From a virus (taxonomy: Duplodnaviria > Caudoviricetes), in IMG/VR virus record IMGVR_UViG_3300027759_000044: a DNA stretch of 64,000 nucleotides; one strand, 5' to 3'. The position numbers were made by a program, and so were the translations under genes. Below, in pieces: positions 27,449 to 38,723 of the stretch; positions within the stretch are counted from its first letter, which is position 1, and every line of letters starts with the position of its first letter. Under the pieces are notes generated by a model. That model saw only the letters and a program-made list of their open reading frames with translations, had not been told where the DNA came from and did no database searches.

Positions 27449-27476
27449 ATTTATCCCCCGATTAAGGGGGATAAAT
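27449..27476. terminator. 11-bp perfect inverted repeat (ATTTATCCCCC-GATTAA-GGGGGATAAAT) overlapping an ATAAATA late box
   Basis: Directly visible just after the stop of 27481..30957; no clear U-tract on the minus strand, so a terminator role is uncertain. Confidence 0.5.
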
Positions 27477-27480
27477 TTGA

Positions 27481-30400
27481 TTAAGTTTTTATGTATGTAC
27501 TAACTAGATTGACTTTTAAGTTTGCACTAGTTCCGGTTGCATACAACGATACATTACCCGATATATTATTAATATTACTTGATAGTTCAATAATATCAGC
27601 AGTGTTATTACTGCAAATACTACCATAAATTGTAATATATGCTGTAGTACCGTCGTGTATTAATAATGTTTCTACTGATTGAAATCCGTCATCTCCTGAT
27701 GAACTAATAATATATTTTGCTGTTCTGAATGCTCCAGGGGCAAATGAATCAATAACTGTATTAGTAGTTACTGTTACATTAGTACGATTACTTGTTAAAC
27801 CATTATTAAGAGAAACATAATTAGCAGTTACATTACCAAATGTTGTTGCTCCAGTTACTATTAGTGTACCTACATTAGCGACACCAGTTGTGTTTATATT
27901 TCCACCGGATATATTACCAGTTACATCTAAGCTTGTTAGTGTACCAACACTTGTTATATTACCTTGTGCATTGCCTGTCACTGCAACTGCTAACCCAGCT
28001 GTACCGGCGGTTGCTACATTTAAATTAGCTACTTGCGTAGTAGAATTAACAACGAAAGGTGCTGTACCAGTAGTTACAAGAGAAGTAAACGTGTTAGCAC
28101 TAATGTTATTAGCTCCAGCAATATTGCCAGTTGCACCAGTAGTTGTTATATTACCGGCAGTTACAGTACCTGTAACATCAAAATTACCAGAAATATTACC
28201 ACCAACACCAGTAACAACTAATACATTTGCAGTGCCAACGGCTGATATATTAACATTGCCATTTGCACTTGGGATATTTACATTACTATTACCGTTAGAA
28301 ATACTTGATGTGCTAACACTAACCCAAGTTAAATTGCCTGCGCCATCTGTCTGTAATACATAGTTTGCAGAACCGCCACTAATATGTAAGTTAGCTACCG
28401 CACCTAATGTTACATTAGCTGTAGTGGTAAAGTTAACTATACCGGTTGCATTACTTACTGTTAATCCAGTTAAACTTCCAACACTTGTAATATTTGGTTG
28501 TGCCGCAGTTGTTAATGTACCAGTAAATGTATTAGCACTAATATTATTAGCACCACTAATATTACCACTTGCGCCAGCAGTCGTTATGTTCCCTGCACTT
28601 AAATTACCTGTAACATCAAAATTACCAGAAACATTCGCACCAATATTAGTAATAACCATTGAGGTATTACCACCTGCCGTAATATTAACATTACCATTAG
28701 CTGTTGGTATATTTACGTTACTATTACCATTAGCAATACCTGTACCTGACGGAACAGCTGCCCAAACTAAAGCACCCGAACCATTTGTTTGTAAATAATA
28801 TCCATTAGTGCCACCAGTAATTGTAACATTACCAACGTTACCTAAATTGCTTGTACCAGTCACTATTAAAGCACCGGTGTTAGCAGTACCAACAGTGTTT
28901 ATATTTCCACCAGATATATTACCAGTTACACTTAAACTTGTTAGTGTACCAACTGATGTTATATTTGGTTGGGCATTAGTTGTTAAATTACCCGCTAGAG
29001 TTACTGCGCCAATAGCACCACTATTAGCATAAACATTACCACTCGTAATATTAGCTGTAACTGATAAACTACCCAATGTTCCAACTGTTGTTAAACTAGA
29101 AGTAACAATAGATGAATTTAATGTTGTCCCTGTTAGATTAGCGGCGTTAGCAGTAATAGCTGTATTAGATGCCGCTGTTAATTGACCTTGTTGATTAACT
29201 GTAAATGTTGCTACAGCATCACCATTACCGTATGTACCAGATGTTACTGATGTATTACTAATATTAAATTCATTGCCAATTAATGTTAATCCTGTACCAG
29301 CTGTGTATGCACCTGCACTAGAGAATTGCGTCCATAAAATTTGTGTTGTACCAACTGTTACCGGAGCATTTACAGTAGCAACCCAACCTGTATCTGCGTT
29401 AACTGTACCTTGTTCAACAAAGGTGAATGCTCCTGGCATTTCAGTACCAACGTCAAAATCAGTTGAACGTGTTAATACAAAAGCTGCTGCTCCTGAACCA
29501 ACTACTGTTACTACATATATACCATTAAATGCGGCTGATTGAGTAGTGTTATTGACAAATGCACCAACTTCGTTTTTAATTAAAACTCGAGCACCAACAG
29601 TTGGAGTAGACCCATCGATACTTAATGCTCCATTAGTACTAGCAGTAATTGTTGCTCCAACACCACTAGTTCCATTATTGTATGTGTATCCACTACCAAA
29701 AATACTTGTTGTAGTAGCATATACTACTGACGCTTTAGGATCAAGGCCTTGGGCAGTTGAATCAACATAAGCTTTTGTGGCTGCGTCAGTATCATTAACT
29801 GGCGTAGCTAGACCGGTAATGTTAAAACTATTCATAGCAACATTGCCACCAAAACTACCTGTACCAGTTGCAACTAATGCTGTTGTTCCTAAATTACCAA
29901 CGTTAGCATTACCACTTACATTTAATGTTGTTAGTGTACCAACACTAGTAATATTACCCTGTGCGTTACCTGTTACAGCAATTGCTGTTGTAGCATTACC
30001 TGAATAAGCTGAATAATTAGCATTTGCTACAGTACCAATTATGTTTCCGCCTGCAATATTTGATAAACCAAAACCATCACCTGTAAATATACCTGTGTTA
30101 GCAGTAAATCCTACAGCAGTTACAGTCGCATTAACATTTAAACCTGTTAGTGTACCAACACTAGTAATATTACCTTGTGCAGCACCTGTAACTGCAACTG
30201 CTAAACCTGCTGTTGCTACATTTAAATTAGCAACTTGTGTTGTAGATGTGACGATGAACGGTGCTGTACCAGTAGCTATAGTAGAAGTAAATGTGTTAGC
30301 AGATATATTATTAGCACCAGTAATGTTACCAGTTGCACCAGTAGTTGTTATGTTACCTGCACTTAAATTACCGGTAACATCTAAATTACCAGAAATGTTA

Positions 30401-30957
30401 GCTCCGGTATTAGTAATCACTAGTGAGGTATTACCACCTGCTGTTATATTAACATTACCGTTAGCAGTTGGAATATTTACATTACTATTACCATTAGCAA
30501 TACCTGTACCTGACGGAACAGCTGCCCAATTTAAAGCACCTGAACCATTTGTTTGTAGATAGTATCCGTTAGTACCGCCTGTAATTGTAACATTACCCAC
30601 GTTACCTAAATTACTTGTACCTGTTACTGCTAGTGTTCCTACATTAGCAAAACCCGTAGTAGATAAGTTACCACCAGTTATTGTACCAGTTACACTTAAA
30701 TTAGCTAGTGTACCAACACTTGTAATATTTGGTTGAGCATTAGTATAAACTGTTCCAGCAACTAAGGCATTGCCTACTTGTCCGGAAACATTAGCACCTG
30801 CTATGTTGCTGATAGTAATACCATTACCAATAAAGTAATTAGCTGTTACAGCATTACCTAAGTTAGCATTGTTTGCTGTAATGTTGCCGGTGGTAGCATC
30901 TAGTAATATATTACCAGTTGTTATACCTTGTTTTACATTAAAATATTTTGTAGTCAT
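27481..30957 (-). CDS. Modular fibre/baseplate protein (1158 aa)
   Basis: KYFNVKQG..TGNI start; DAATKAYVD-AQGLDPKAS module; C-terminal DSF....RTAKY......E.LLIHDG...Y.T.YG domain. Confidence 0.8.
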   Translation of the reverse strand: MTTKYFNVKQGITTGNILLDATTGNITANNANLGNAVTANYFIGNGITISNIAGANVSGQVGNALVAGTVYTNAQPNITSVGTLANLSVTGTITGGNLSTTGFANVGTLAVTGTSNLGNVGNVTITGGTNGYYLQTNGSGALNWAAVPSGTGIANGNSNVNIPTANGNVNITAGGNTSLVITNTGANISGNLDVTGNLSAGNITTTGATGNITGANNISANTFTSTIATGTAPFIVTSTTQVANLNVATAGLAVAVTGAAQGNITSVGTLTGLNVNATVTAVGFTANTGIFTGDGFGLSNIAGGNIIGTVANANYSAYSGNATTAIAVTGNAQGNITSVGTLTTLNVSGNANVGNLGTTALVATGTGSFGGNVAMNSFNITGLATPVNDTDAATKAYVDSTAQGLDPKASVVYATTTSIFGSGYTYNNGTSGVGATITASTNGALSIDGSTPTVGARVLIKNEVGAFVNNTTQSAAFNGIYVVTVVGSGAAAFVLTRSTDFDVGTEMPGAFTFVEQGTVNADTGWVATVNAPVTVGTTQILWTQFSSAGAYTAGTGLTLIGNEFNISNTSVTSGTYGNGDAVATFTVNQQGQLTAASNTAITANAANLTGTTLNSSIVTSSLTTVGTLGSLSVTANITSGNVYANSGAIGAVTLAGNLTTNAQPNITSVGTLTSLSVTGNISGGNINTVGTANTGALIVTGTSNLGNVGNVTITGGTNGYYLQTNGSGALVWAAVPSGTGIANGNSNVNIPTANGNVNITAGGNTSMVITNIGANVSGNFDVTGNLSAGNITTAGASGNISGANNISANTFTGTLTTAAQPNITSVGSLTGLTVSNATGIVNFTTTANVTLGAVANLHISGGSANYVLQTDGAGNLTWVSVSTSSISNGNSNVNIPSANGNVNISAVGTANVLVVTGVGGNISGNFDVTGTVTAGNITTTGATGNIAGANNISANTFTSLVTTGTAPFVVNSTTQVANLNVATAGTAGLAVAVTGNAQGNITSVGTLTSLDVTGNISGGNINTTGVANVGTLIVTGATTFGNVTANYVSLNNGLTSNRTNVTVTTNTVIDSFAPGAFRTAKYIISSSGDDGFQSVETLLIHDGTTAYITIYGSICSNNTADIIELSSNINNISGNVSLYATGTSANLKVNLVSTYIKT

Positions 30958-30968
30958 TTTTATTCCTT

Positions 30969-32579
30969 TTAATCTGCTACGTAAACGCCCAATAAATTCA
31001 CCGTTGTGTTAGCGTAGCCAGTTGTGGCTAACAGCCTAACATTTCCGGATAGTATATCTGTTGATAATGCTATAATATCAAATCCCACTGTAGATAAACT
31101 ACCGTATATGGTGACATAACTATTAGCACTATCATGTATCAATAATACTTCAACAGCTTGGTATCCGTCATCGCTGTTGACTCTCATTGTGTATTTAGCT
31201 GACCTGTACTGATTGACCGGAAAGCTGTCAATTACGGTGTTTGTAATAACAACTATTGGGGTTCTGTTACTATAAATATCGCTGACTTTTAAACTTGTTA
31301 TGGTTGCGTTATTATTGACAATCAAATTGCCTCGGGCAGTCACATTTCCAGTAGTACTCCCCAGTGAAATATTAGATACTAGACCAAAATTAATGTTGCC
31401 AATAGCTGTGGTAAAAATACCAGCATCACCGCCACTTACAGCTATAACACCGGTACTTAAAGTTAATGTTCCGGCAGTTGAAGATATATTTCCAGTAATA
31501 TTGGCATTACCACTAGCAATGACATCACCTGTTATATCAACATTGGTTTTGTTAATAGTTGTTACTACATTCCCTGTACCCGGGCCACCAACTACAAATT
31601 TTACTGCGGTAAACGTTCTACTAGTTCCTAAAACTAAATTGCCACCTCGTATATATAAATATCCATCATCAGGTGTTAATACATTGCCCAATGAATTTGT
31701 TTGAGTACCATCCCATGCACTACTGGTAATACCCATATTGATATAGTTATTTACGCTGTTACCATTATCGGCGGTTACTACAATATCAGTACTTGCGGTT
31801 GCTCCAGTATTGATATTTTGAAAGTTTATCTGTGTAGCACTATTTAAATTACCAGTATATTGTGCTATTGTATTTGGAACAGATGTAAAACCCGTAACCC
31901 CTACTTGTAATGCATTTTTACCATTAATAAGATTACCGGAGATTGTGCTAACATTAGAACTTAAATTACCAGTTAATGTTAATATGTTTCCTACATAATC
32001 AAATACATAGGCGTTACTACCTTGAATATCACCATTAGCATTGAATAATACTTGTGTGTTGGAGCCACCAATTTTAATATTACCACTAACATCAATATTA
32101 CCACTGAAATTTCCACTGAAATTACCATTAAAGTTATTAGCATCAATAGATCCAGTAGCAGTAATATTGCCACCAATTATAATTACATTAGATGTAGCAT
32201 TACCTACAGTTAGACCAGTTAAATTGCCAACACTTGAAATATTAGGTTGACTAGAACTGGTAGCATCAAATATCCCATGAAAGTAATTACTTGTTGTTAA
32301 GTTACCTAAATTAGCATTACCCGCTGATATATTACCAGTAAGACTTAATGTTGTAGCAGTACCTGGATAGGCAGTGGTTTGTGTAGTGGTATCCGGAAAT
32401 ACAACATTTCCGGTACTATCAAAATTCCAAATTTTATTACCATTATCAGAAACTATGTCAACATCTATATATGAAGTAATCTTAGATGTAAAAATGTTAC
32501 CTGAGGTATCTATAACCTCGGTGAGTTCATCACCCACCGAGAATCCGTTTATAGAATTAAACCACTTAATTGTTGCCAT
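30969..32579 (-). CDS. Modular fibre/baseplate protein (536 aa)
   Basis: KWFNSINGFSVG start; C-terminal DSF...YRSAKY...EVLLIHD..YVTIYG domain paralogous to that of the neighbouring gene. Confidence 0.8.
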   Translation of the reverse strand: MATIKWFNSINGFSVGDELTEVIDTSGNIFTSKITSYIDVDIVSDNGNKIWNFDSTGNVVFPDTTTQTTAYPGTATTLSLTGNISAGNANLGNLTTSNYFHGIFDATSSSQPNISSVGNLTGLTVGNATSNVIIIGGNITATGSIDANNFNGNFSGNFSGNIDVSGNIKIGGSNTQVLFNANGDIQGSNAYVFDYVGNILTLTGNLSSNVSTISGNLINGKNALQVGVTGFTSVPNTIAQYTGNLNSATQINFQNINTGATASTDIVVTADNGNSVNNYINMGITSSAWDGTQTNSLGNVLTPDDGYLYIRGGNLVLGTSRTFTAVKFVVGGPGTGNVVTTINKTNVDITGDVIASGNANITGNISSTAGTLTLSTGVIAVSGGDAGIFTTAIGNINFGLVSNISLGSTTGNVTARGNLIVNNNATITSLKVSDIYSNRTPIVVITNTVIDSFPVNQYRSAKYTMRVNSDDGYQAVEVLLIHDSANSYVTIYGSLSTVGFDIIALSTDILSGNVRLLATTGYANTTVNLLGVYVAD

Positions 32580-32598
32580 ATTATGTAATCAGCAATAC

Positions 32599-35500
32599 TT
32601 AAATTGTCCTAATCTGTGTAGTCCAAGTAGTACTGTTACCACTAGATGGTGTAACTTGTAATGCTATATTACCTGAAGCAATATTAACCGCTAATACACC
32701 TGTAGTAGTACCAATACGAACTGTTCCGTAAACTGTATAATCTACATCAGTGCCATCAGTAACAGCTAGTACAGTTGCTACACTATATTTTGCTCCAGGA
32801 GTATCGTGTCCCTTAACTAAGAATTCAACACCTGTTACATTAGAACCAGTTAACTGGTATGTAGCAATTGTTTGATTAGCAGTAATAGCTGTAGTAGTTA
32901 CGGTGTTTGCTGTAACTGAAGTATTACCAATATCTAACGTAGCAACAGAGAATGAATTTGCACTTAATCCACCGGTTGAAAGATTTCCAACACTTACGTT
33001 ACCTATTTTAGAAACACTGAATTTACTTACTCCACCAACTTGTAAATCCATCAATAATGAAGATGCGCTTGAAGTTGTATCGGTTACATTTTCTAGTATA
33101 CCGGTGAATACTGCTGATGCATTATTCCATGTTTGAGTTACATTTACAGCCGGGTTACTTGCTGTTATTGTGCCAGTTGCTAGTTGTACGGTGTTACCTA
33201 CAAAATTAACACCATTAACATTAGCTGTTGCTGTTAATGTATTTGCAGATATTACATTAGCACCAGAAATATTGCCACCAGATCCAGTAGTAGATATGTT
33301 ACCAAATGTACCATTACCGGTTGCTGTAACAGTTCCACCTGTTGAAATATTTCCACCGGTAATATTACCTGTTGCTATAATAAGACCAGCTGTACCTAAA
33401 TTACCCACGTTAGCATTACCTGTAACATCTAATGTTAAGTTAGCTGTTAATACATTGGCAATAACGTTAGAGGTTACTGTTAATGAGGTGCCGGTTGCCG
33501 CCCCAATATTTGGTGTAGTAAATGCTGCATTAGCCGGAACATAAATGTTACCGTTACCGTCAAACGCAGTTGTTGGGTTAGAGTTACCGTCAACCTTAGC
33601 ATTAAACTGTGTACCTATTAGTACTAAACCAGCACTTGTATTAGCAGTAAATGAACCAGCACCAGAGAACTGTACAAATACAATATCAGTTGTACCAACT
33701 GTAACTGGAGCGTTAGTTGTACATACCCAACCAGTATCAGCATTAGTTGTACCATATTCAACGAATACAAACGCACCTGGTATCTCGCCACTAGGTGATG
33801 CACTATCAAAGTCGGCTGTTCTTGTAAGTACGTATGCAGCCGCACCTGAACCTGCAGCAGTAACTAGATATATACCATTATAAGGTGCATTAGTTGAAGT
33901 TTCATTTTTAATCAATACTCGTTCGTTTATAGAAACTGCAGATCCATCAATTGACAATGCGCCAACTGCGTTACCTGTAATTGTTGCTCCTACGCCACTT
34001 GCACCGTTATTGTAAGTGTAAGCAGGAAGTCCGGCTGCTGTAGCATATACTACAGATGCTTTTGGATCTAGTCCTTGAGCCACACTATCAACATATGCTT
34101 TAGTAGCGGCATCACTATCTAGTGTTGGTGTAGCAAGATTTATAATTTTCTTGCTAGAAATACTAACAGCGCCAGTACCAGTTGGAACTAGTATAACATC
34201 ATTATTACCGGCTGCGGCAGATAATGTTAACGTAGTAGTATTAGAAGTCAATGTAGGTGATACTAGAGCAAGCGCATTAACGCTGACACTAGCATTGATA
34301 CTAGTGGTAGTTATATTTCCAACACTTATGTTACCTGTACCAATGATTTCACCAGTACCAAATCCAAGATTACCAACGTTAGCATTACCAGTTGTAGTAA
34401 TTGTATTAGATCCGGCAGCAATAGTACCAATGACATTACCAACAGTTAGATTAGCAGTAACGTTAGCATTACCAGTAACAGTTAATAGATTTGTAGTATT
34501 ATCAAATGTAAAGTTGGCACTAGCACCAAACTCACTAGCATTATTAAATTGGATCTCTGTATTGCTACCGGCCGGGTTTCCACCTAAATCCCATGCCGTA
34601 CCGTTTGCGTATAGTAAATTATTTGTTCTTAAGTTACCTACATTTGCTGTGTTAGTTACGTTTAAATTACTAGTAACATTTATAAAGTTTGCTGTAGCTA
34701 GATTACCTAAATTAACAGCACCTGCTGTAGGGAATGATGTGTTACCATCATTAACAAATGTCCAAGTATTAGCAATTGTGCCGCCTGTACCAACTTGTAC
34801 AGTTACATTGCCACCACGATTTTGGAATATATCTGTTTGAGCAGTACCTACTGTAAGTCCAGAACCACTAAATGTTCCACCTACAATTTGTGAAGCACCA
34901 CTTAATTCTACTTGACCACTTGCTTTAAATAGTGTTGTATTACCGGCAACATTGATGCCAACAAGACCAGTACTAGAACTTAATTCAATTCGTGTATCGT
35001 TTGTGCTTGCATTTGATACAATATTTGAAGCGAATACAAAACTATTAGCAGTTACATTTGCCGCTCTTATATTACCAGTAAAGTTAGCAGTATTGCCCGA
35101 TAGTTCTAAATTAACTGTAACATTTGGAGCAATAACATTACCAATGAAGTTTGCTGTGTTACCTTGTATATTAAGACTAACGTTTGCGTTACCACTTACA
35201 ACAACATCAGTTAAGTATGTTGTGTTTGATAGTGATATACCACTGGCATTTGATGATATATTTTGATCGCCAATAAGAATACTACTACCACTTAGAAATA
35301 AATCTTTCCAACGATTTGTAGCATTACCTAAATTAAATGTTACATTAGCTGAAGGAATTAAATTACCAGTAGTTGTACCAGAAATTTCTAAATTACCAAT
35401 ATTAGCTAAACCAAGCGTTTTTAAGTTAGCACCAGTAATATTAGCATTAGCATTAATATTTGCGTTAGCTTCAATATTACCAGTGACATTTACAGTGTTA

Positions 35501-35958
35501 GCTAAATTAGCAATACCATCAACATTTAATGAAATTAGATTGCCAACTGCAGTGATATTTGCTTGATTAGAACTAGTAGAGTCAAATACACCATGAAAGA
35601 AATTAGCAGTTGCTAGATTGCCTAAATTAGCATTAGAAGCATTAACATTACCACCAACTGTTAATAAATTAGAAGTTTTATCAAACGTAAATCCAGCTAC
35701 CCCACCAAACGCATTACCATCATTAAACTGAACATATGTGTTTGCCCCAGCTGCATTAGTCGTGAATACGTAAGGAACGCCATTTGCGTAATAGATGTGG
35801 TCTGTTCGTAAATTTCCAACATTTGCAGTGTCAGAAACGTACAAATTAGCTGTTAGATTAGCATTACTTGTGGTAATGTCACCGTTTGCTAGTATAATAT
35901 TAGCGGCATTTTCCCCTACTGAGAAGCCGCCGATTGAGTTAAATGCTTTAATTGCCAT
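32599..35958 (-). CDS. Modular fibre/baseplate protein (1119 aa)
   Basis: KAFNSIGGFSVG start; AGSNTEIQFN...FGASANFTF units; DAATKAYVD-AQGLDPKAS module; ATAAATA box at 35980-35986. Confidence 0.8.
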   Translation of the reverse strand: MAIKAFNSIGGFSVGENAANIILANGDITTSNANLTANLYVSDTANVGNLRTDHIYYANGVPYVFTTNAAGANTYVQFNDGNAFGGVAGFTFDKTSNLLTVGGNVNASNANLGNLATANFFHGVFDSTSSNQANITAVGNLISLNVDGIANLANTVNVTGNIEANANINANANITGANLKTLGLANIGNLEISGTTTGNLIPSANVTFNLGNATNRWKDLFLSGSSILIGDQNISSNASGISLSNTTYLTDVVVSGNANVSLNIQGNTANFIGNVIAPNVTVNLELSGNTANFTGNIRAANVTANSFVFASNIVSNASTNDTRIELSSSTGLVGINVAGNTTLFKASGQVELSGASQIVGGTFSGSGLTVGTAQTDIFQNRGGNVTVQVGTGGTIANTWTFVNDGNTSFPTAGAVNLGNLATANFINVTSNLNVTNTANVGNLRTNNLLYANGTAWDLGGNPAGSNTEIQFNNASEFGASANFTFDNTTNLLTVTGNANVTANLTVGNVIGTIAAGSNTITTTGNANVGNLGFGTGEIIGTGNISVGNITTTSINASVSVNALALVSPTLTSNTTTLTLSAAAGNNDVILVPTGTGAVSISSKKIINLATPTLDSDAATKAYVDSVAQGLDPKASVVYATAAGLPAYTYNNGASGVGATITGNAVGALSIDGSAVSINERVLIKNETSTNAPYNGIYLVTAAGSGAAAYVLTRTADFDSASPSGEIPGAFVFVEYGTTNADTGWVCTTNAPVTVGTTDIVFVQFSGAGSFTANTSAGLVLIGTQFNAKVDGNSNPTTAFDGNGNIYVPANAAFTTPNIGAATGTSLTVTSNVIANVLTANLTLDVTGNANVGNLGTAGLIIATGNITGGNISTGGTVTATGNGTFGNISTTGSGGNISGANVISANTLTATANVNGVNFVGNTVQLATGTITASNPAVNVTQTWNNASAVFTGILENVTDTTSSASSLLMDLQVGGVSKFSVSKIGNVSVGNLSTGGLSANSFSVATLDIGNTSVTANTVTTTAITANQTIATYQLTGSNVTGVEFLVKGHDTPGAKYSVATVLAVTDGTDVDYTVYGTVRIGTTTGVLAVNIASGNIALQVTPSSGNSTTWTTQIRTI

Positions 35959-36002
35959 GGTAATTTCCTTTTATAAGTGTATTTATGCTAAGGTTGATAT
36001 AG

Positions 36003-38723
36003 TTACTTCGCATATTGTATGATCATCATGTTATATTTCGTTAAATTAATAGAGTCTGGAGTCACTACTAATTGAACCGTATCAGGTGATCCCGCCTGAT
36101 AATTTACTGAAAAACTCCCTACACCACCATTGATGTAGAGTCCAGAATACTCATTAAATACCACCTCAGTTCCTAAAACTGCGGCAGCTATTTTTGCTGT
36201 TTGTCTCGTATTACTTGTTGCGTCTGTGGAAATAATAGTAAAATCTATTGCTGATATATTAGCCATCGATGTTGACCACAAGACTTGATTAGGTGTCGTA
36301 GCGGCCGTGGTAGCAAAATATACAGTTGAATGGTAAAATTCATTAACCCCAACACCCATTTGGAATGTGTTTGCTATAACATTATTAGCAATAGCTACAT
36401 TACCTAAAGTAGCATTGGCCGAAGTAATATTACCGGATGCGGTAAGTGTTACCGTAGATATTAAATTAGCCCCGGTAATATCTCCGGCTACCCCAGTAGT
36501 AGATATATTACCAAATACACCGTTAGCGGCAGTAACATTACTAGAAACATTAAGATTACCGGTAATGTTCCCTGTACCGGTTAAGGTTAATATATTTCCC
36601 ACATAATCAAACACGAAGGCATTACTACCGTTAACATCCCCATCAAAGTTAAATAACACTTGTGTGTTAGAACCAATACCTGTAATATTACCATTAACGT
36701 TACCAGTAAACGTTCCAGTAAAATTACCATTCATATTAGTAGCATTAATATTTCCGCTAGCGGTAACGTCACCGTTGGATATAACTACATTAGAGGTAGA
36801 ATTACCTACAAATAGGTTAGTTAAGTTACCAACACTAGTAATGTTTGGTTGGCTTGCACTGGTGTTATCAAATACACCATGAAAATAATTACTAGTTGTT
36901 AAGTTACCCAAATTAGCATTACCGGCTGCTATATTACCTGTTACATTAATAATACCAGAAGCATTGAGATTAGTTACGTTAGCAGTACCAATAACATTTA
37001 ATAATTGAGTACTATCATCATATGTGAAATTAGCACTTGCACCAAAGTTAGTATTACCATCATTATATTGAATATATGTATTAGATCCGGCAGCTTCTTG
37101 TAAGTCCCATGGTTGACCATTTGCATATAGTAAATAATTTGTGCGTAAAATACCTACATTTGCTGTATCAGCAACAGACAAATTAGCTACCACACTTATA
37201 AAATTAGCTGTTGCTATATTACCCAAATTAGCATTACTAACACTAATATTACCAGCAACAGTTAATAATTGAGTAGTATCATTATAAGTAAAGTTGGCAC
37301 TAGCACCAAAGTCTCCGTTATCAGCATTATATTGAATTTGAGTAATGAGACCGGCCGCTTCTTGTAAATCCCATGAACTTCCATTTGCATATAAGAGATG
37401 ATCTGTTCTTACATTACCAATAAGTGCAGTATCAGCAACATAAAGATTACTTGATATGTTAGCATTGCCAGTAAGTAATAATAATTGAGTACTATCATCA
37501 TACGTGAAGTTAGCACTTGCACCAAAGTTAGTATTACCATCATTATATTGAATCTGAGTATTAGAACCTGCGGCTTCTTGTAAGTCCCATGGTTGACCAT
37601 TTGCATATAAGATATGGTCTGTTCTTACATTACCAATAAGTGCAGTATCAGCAACATAAAGATTTCCTGATATATTTGCAGAATTTGCATCAACTACATT
37701 TGATGATACGTTGGCATTAATATTACCAGCTGTTAATGTACCAGTTATAGTTAAATAACCTTGAACGTTAACTCCGTCACCGGTAATCACCATTGTAGTG
37801 TTGCCAACGGACGTTAGATTAATATTACCATCAATATTTGGAATATTAATATTACTGTTTCCGTTACTGATGCCTGACCCGGTTGGTACATCTGCCCAAA
37901 TTAAATTACCTGAACCATTTGTTTGTAGATAGTATCCATTAGAACCACCGGTAATAGTAACGTTACCAACATTACCTAAATTACTTAAAGCATTAACAGT
38001 AAAATTTCCATTAGAAAATAAAGATGATGTTACTTGTACATTTCCAGTACCATTTGGGGTAAGATATATGTTACTGTTTGTAGTTATAGTACTGATAGTA
38101 GTATCGGTAAAGTTTAAATTACCAATATTAGTATTACCACTAATGTTACCACTAGGTTGATTAGTTACACCAATCAAACCAACATAACGAAAACCCACAA
38201 CATAAACGCTTTTACCTGTAATAGGACTGGCAATTTGACTTGGTACAGTTGCACCATTAAAATTCAATACACCAGATTGATAATCAAAGAACCATGTATC
38301 ATCTGAGCCAGAACCAGCTTGGAATAATTTAGTACCCGATGTTTGCGGGTTAGTTACACCAGAGTTAGCTACATATACTTGTATTAGGTAGTTGTCACCA
38401 AATTGAGTTGGTACCCAATTAGTTAAATTAGTTTGCCATGTTTGATTGTCAGGTGCAGTTAAATCTTCTGTACATTCTACACTAGGGCTAAAACTACCTA
38501 CACCGTCTTTATAAACTTCAATAATACTATTAGTAGACGTAGGAGGAGAGGTAGTTATCTGACCACTTTGCATCCAAACAAGATCGCCACGATATAGTAA
38601 CGGGCTAGGAATATTCTCATTGAAGGCTTGTTTACTAGTTGGTTCTGCGGTTTTAGTTACCCCGTAACCAACCTTTTTCCACAAATAGTCTATCTTTTGT
38701 GATTCGTTAAACGTTGCGGCCAT
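36003..38723 (-). CDS. Virion structural protein with three ~80-aa tandem units (906 aa)
   Basis: KIDYLWKKVGYG N-terminal domain; RTDH.LYANG.PWDLQEAAG..TQIQYN...FGASANFTY repeated three times (about 37000-37660, ~240-nt period). Confidence 0.8.
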   Translation of the reverse strand: MAATFNESQKIDYLWKKVGYGVTKTAEPTSKQAFNENIPSPLLYRGDLVWMQSGQITTSPPTSTNSIIEVYKDGVGSFSPSVECTEDLTAPDNQTWQTNLTNWVPTQFGDNYLIQVYVANSGVTNPQTSGTKLFQAGSGSDDTWFFDYQSGVLNFNGATVPSQIASPITGKSVYVVGFRYVGLIGVTNQPSGNISGNTNIGNLNFTDTTISTITTNSNIYLTPNGTGNVQVTSSLFSNGNFTVNALSNLGNVGNVTITGGSNGYYLQTNGSGNLIWADVPTGSGISNGNSNINIPNIDGNINLTSVGNTTMVITGDGVNVQGYLTITGTLTAGNINANVSSNVVDANSANISGNLYVADTALIGNVRTDHILYANGQPWDLQEAAGSNTQIQYNDGNTNFGASANFTYDDSTQLLLLTGNANISSNLYVADTALIGNVRTDHLLYANGSSWDLQEAAGLITQIQYNADNGDFGASANFTYNDTTQLLTVAGNISVSNANLGNIATANFISVVANLSVADTANVGILRTNYLLYANGQPWDLQEAAGSNTYIQYNDGNTNFGASANFTYDDSTQLLNVIGTANVTNLNASGIINVTGNIAAGNANLGNLTTSNYFHGVFDNTSASQPNITSVGNLTNLFVGNSTSNVVISNGDVTASGNINATNMNGNFTGTFTGNVNGNITGIGSNTQVLFNFDGDVNGSNAFVFDYVGNILTLTGTGNITGNLNVSSNVTAANGVFGNISTTGVAGDITGANLISTVTLTASGNITSANATLGNVAIANNVIANTFQMGVGVNEFYHSTVYFATTAATTPNQVLWSTSMANISAIDFTIISTDATSNTRQTAKIAAAVLGTEVVFNEYSGLYINGGVGSFSVNYQAGSPDTVQLVVTPDSINLTKYNMMIIQYAK

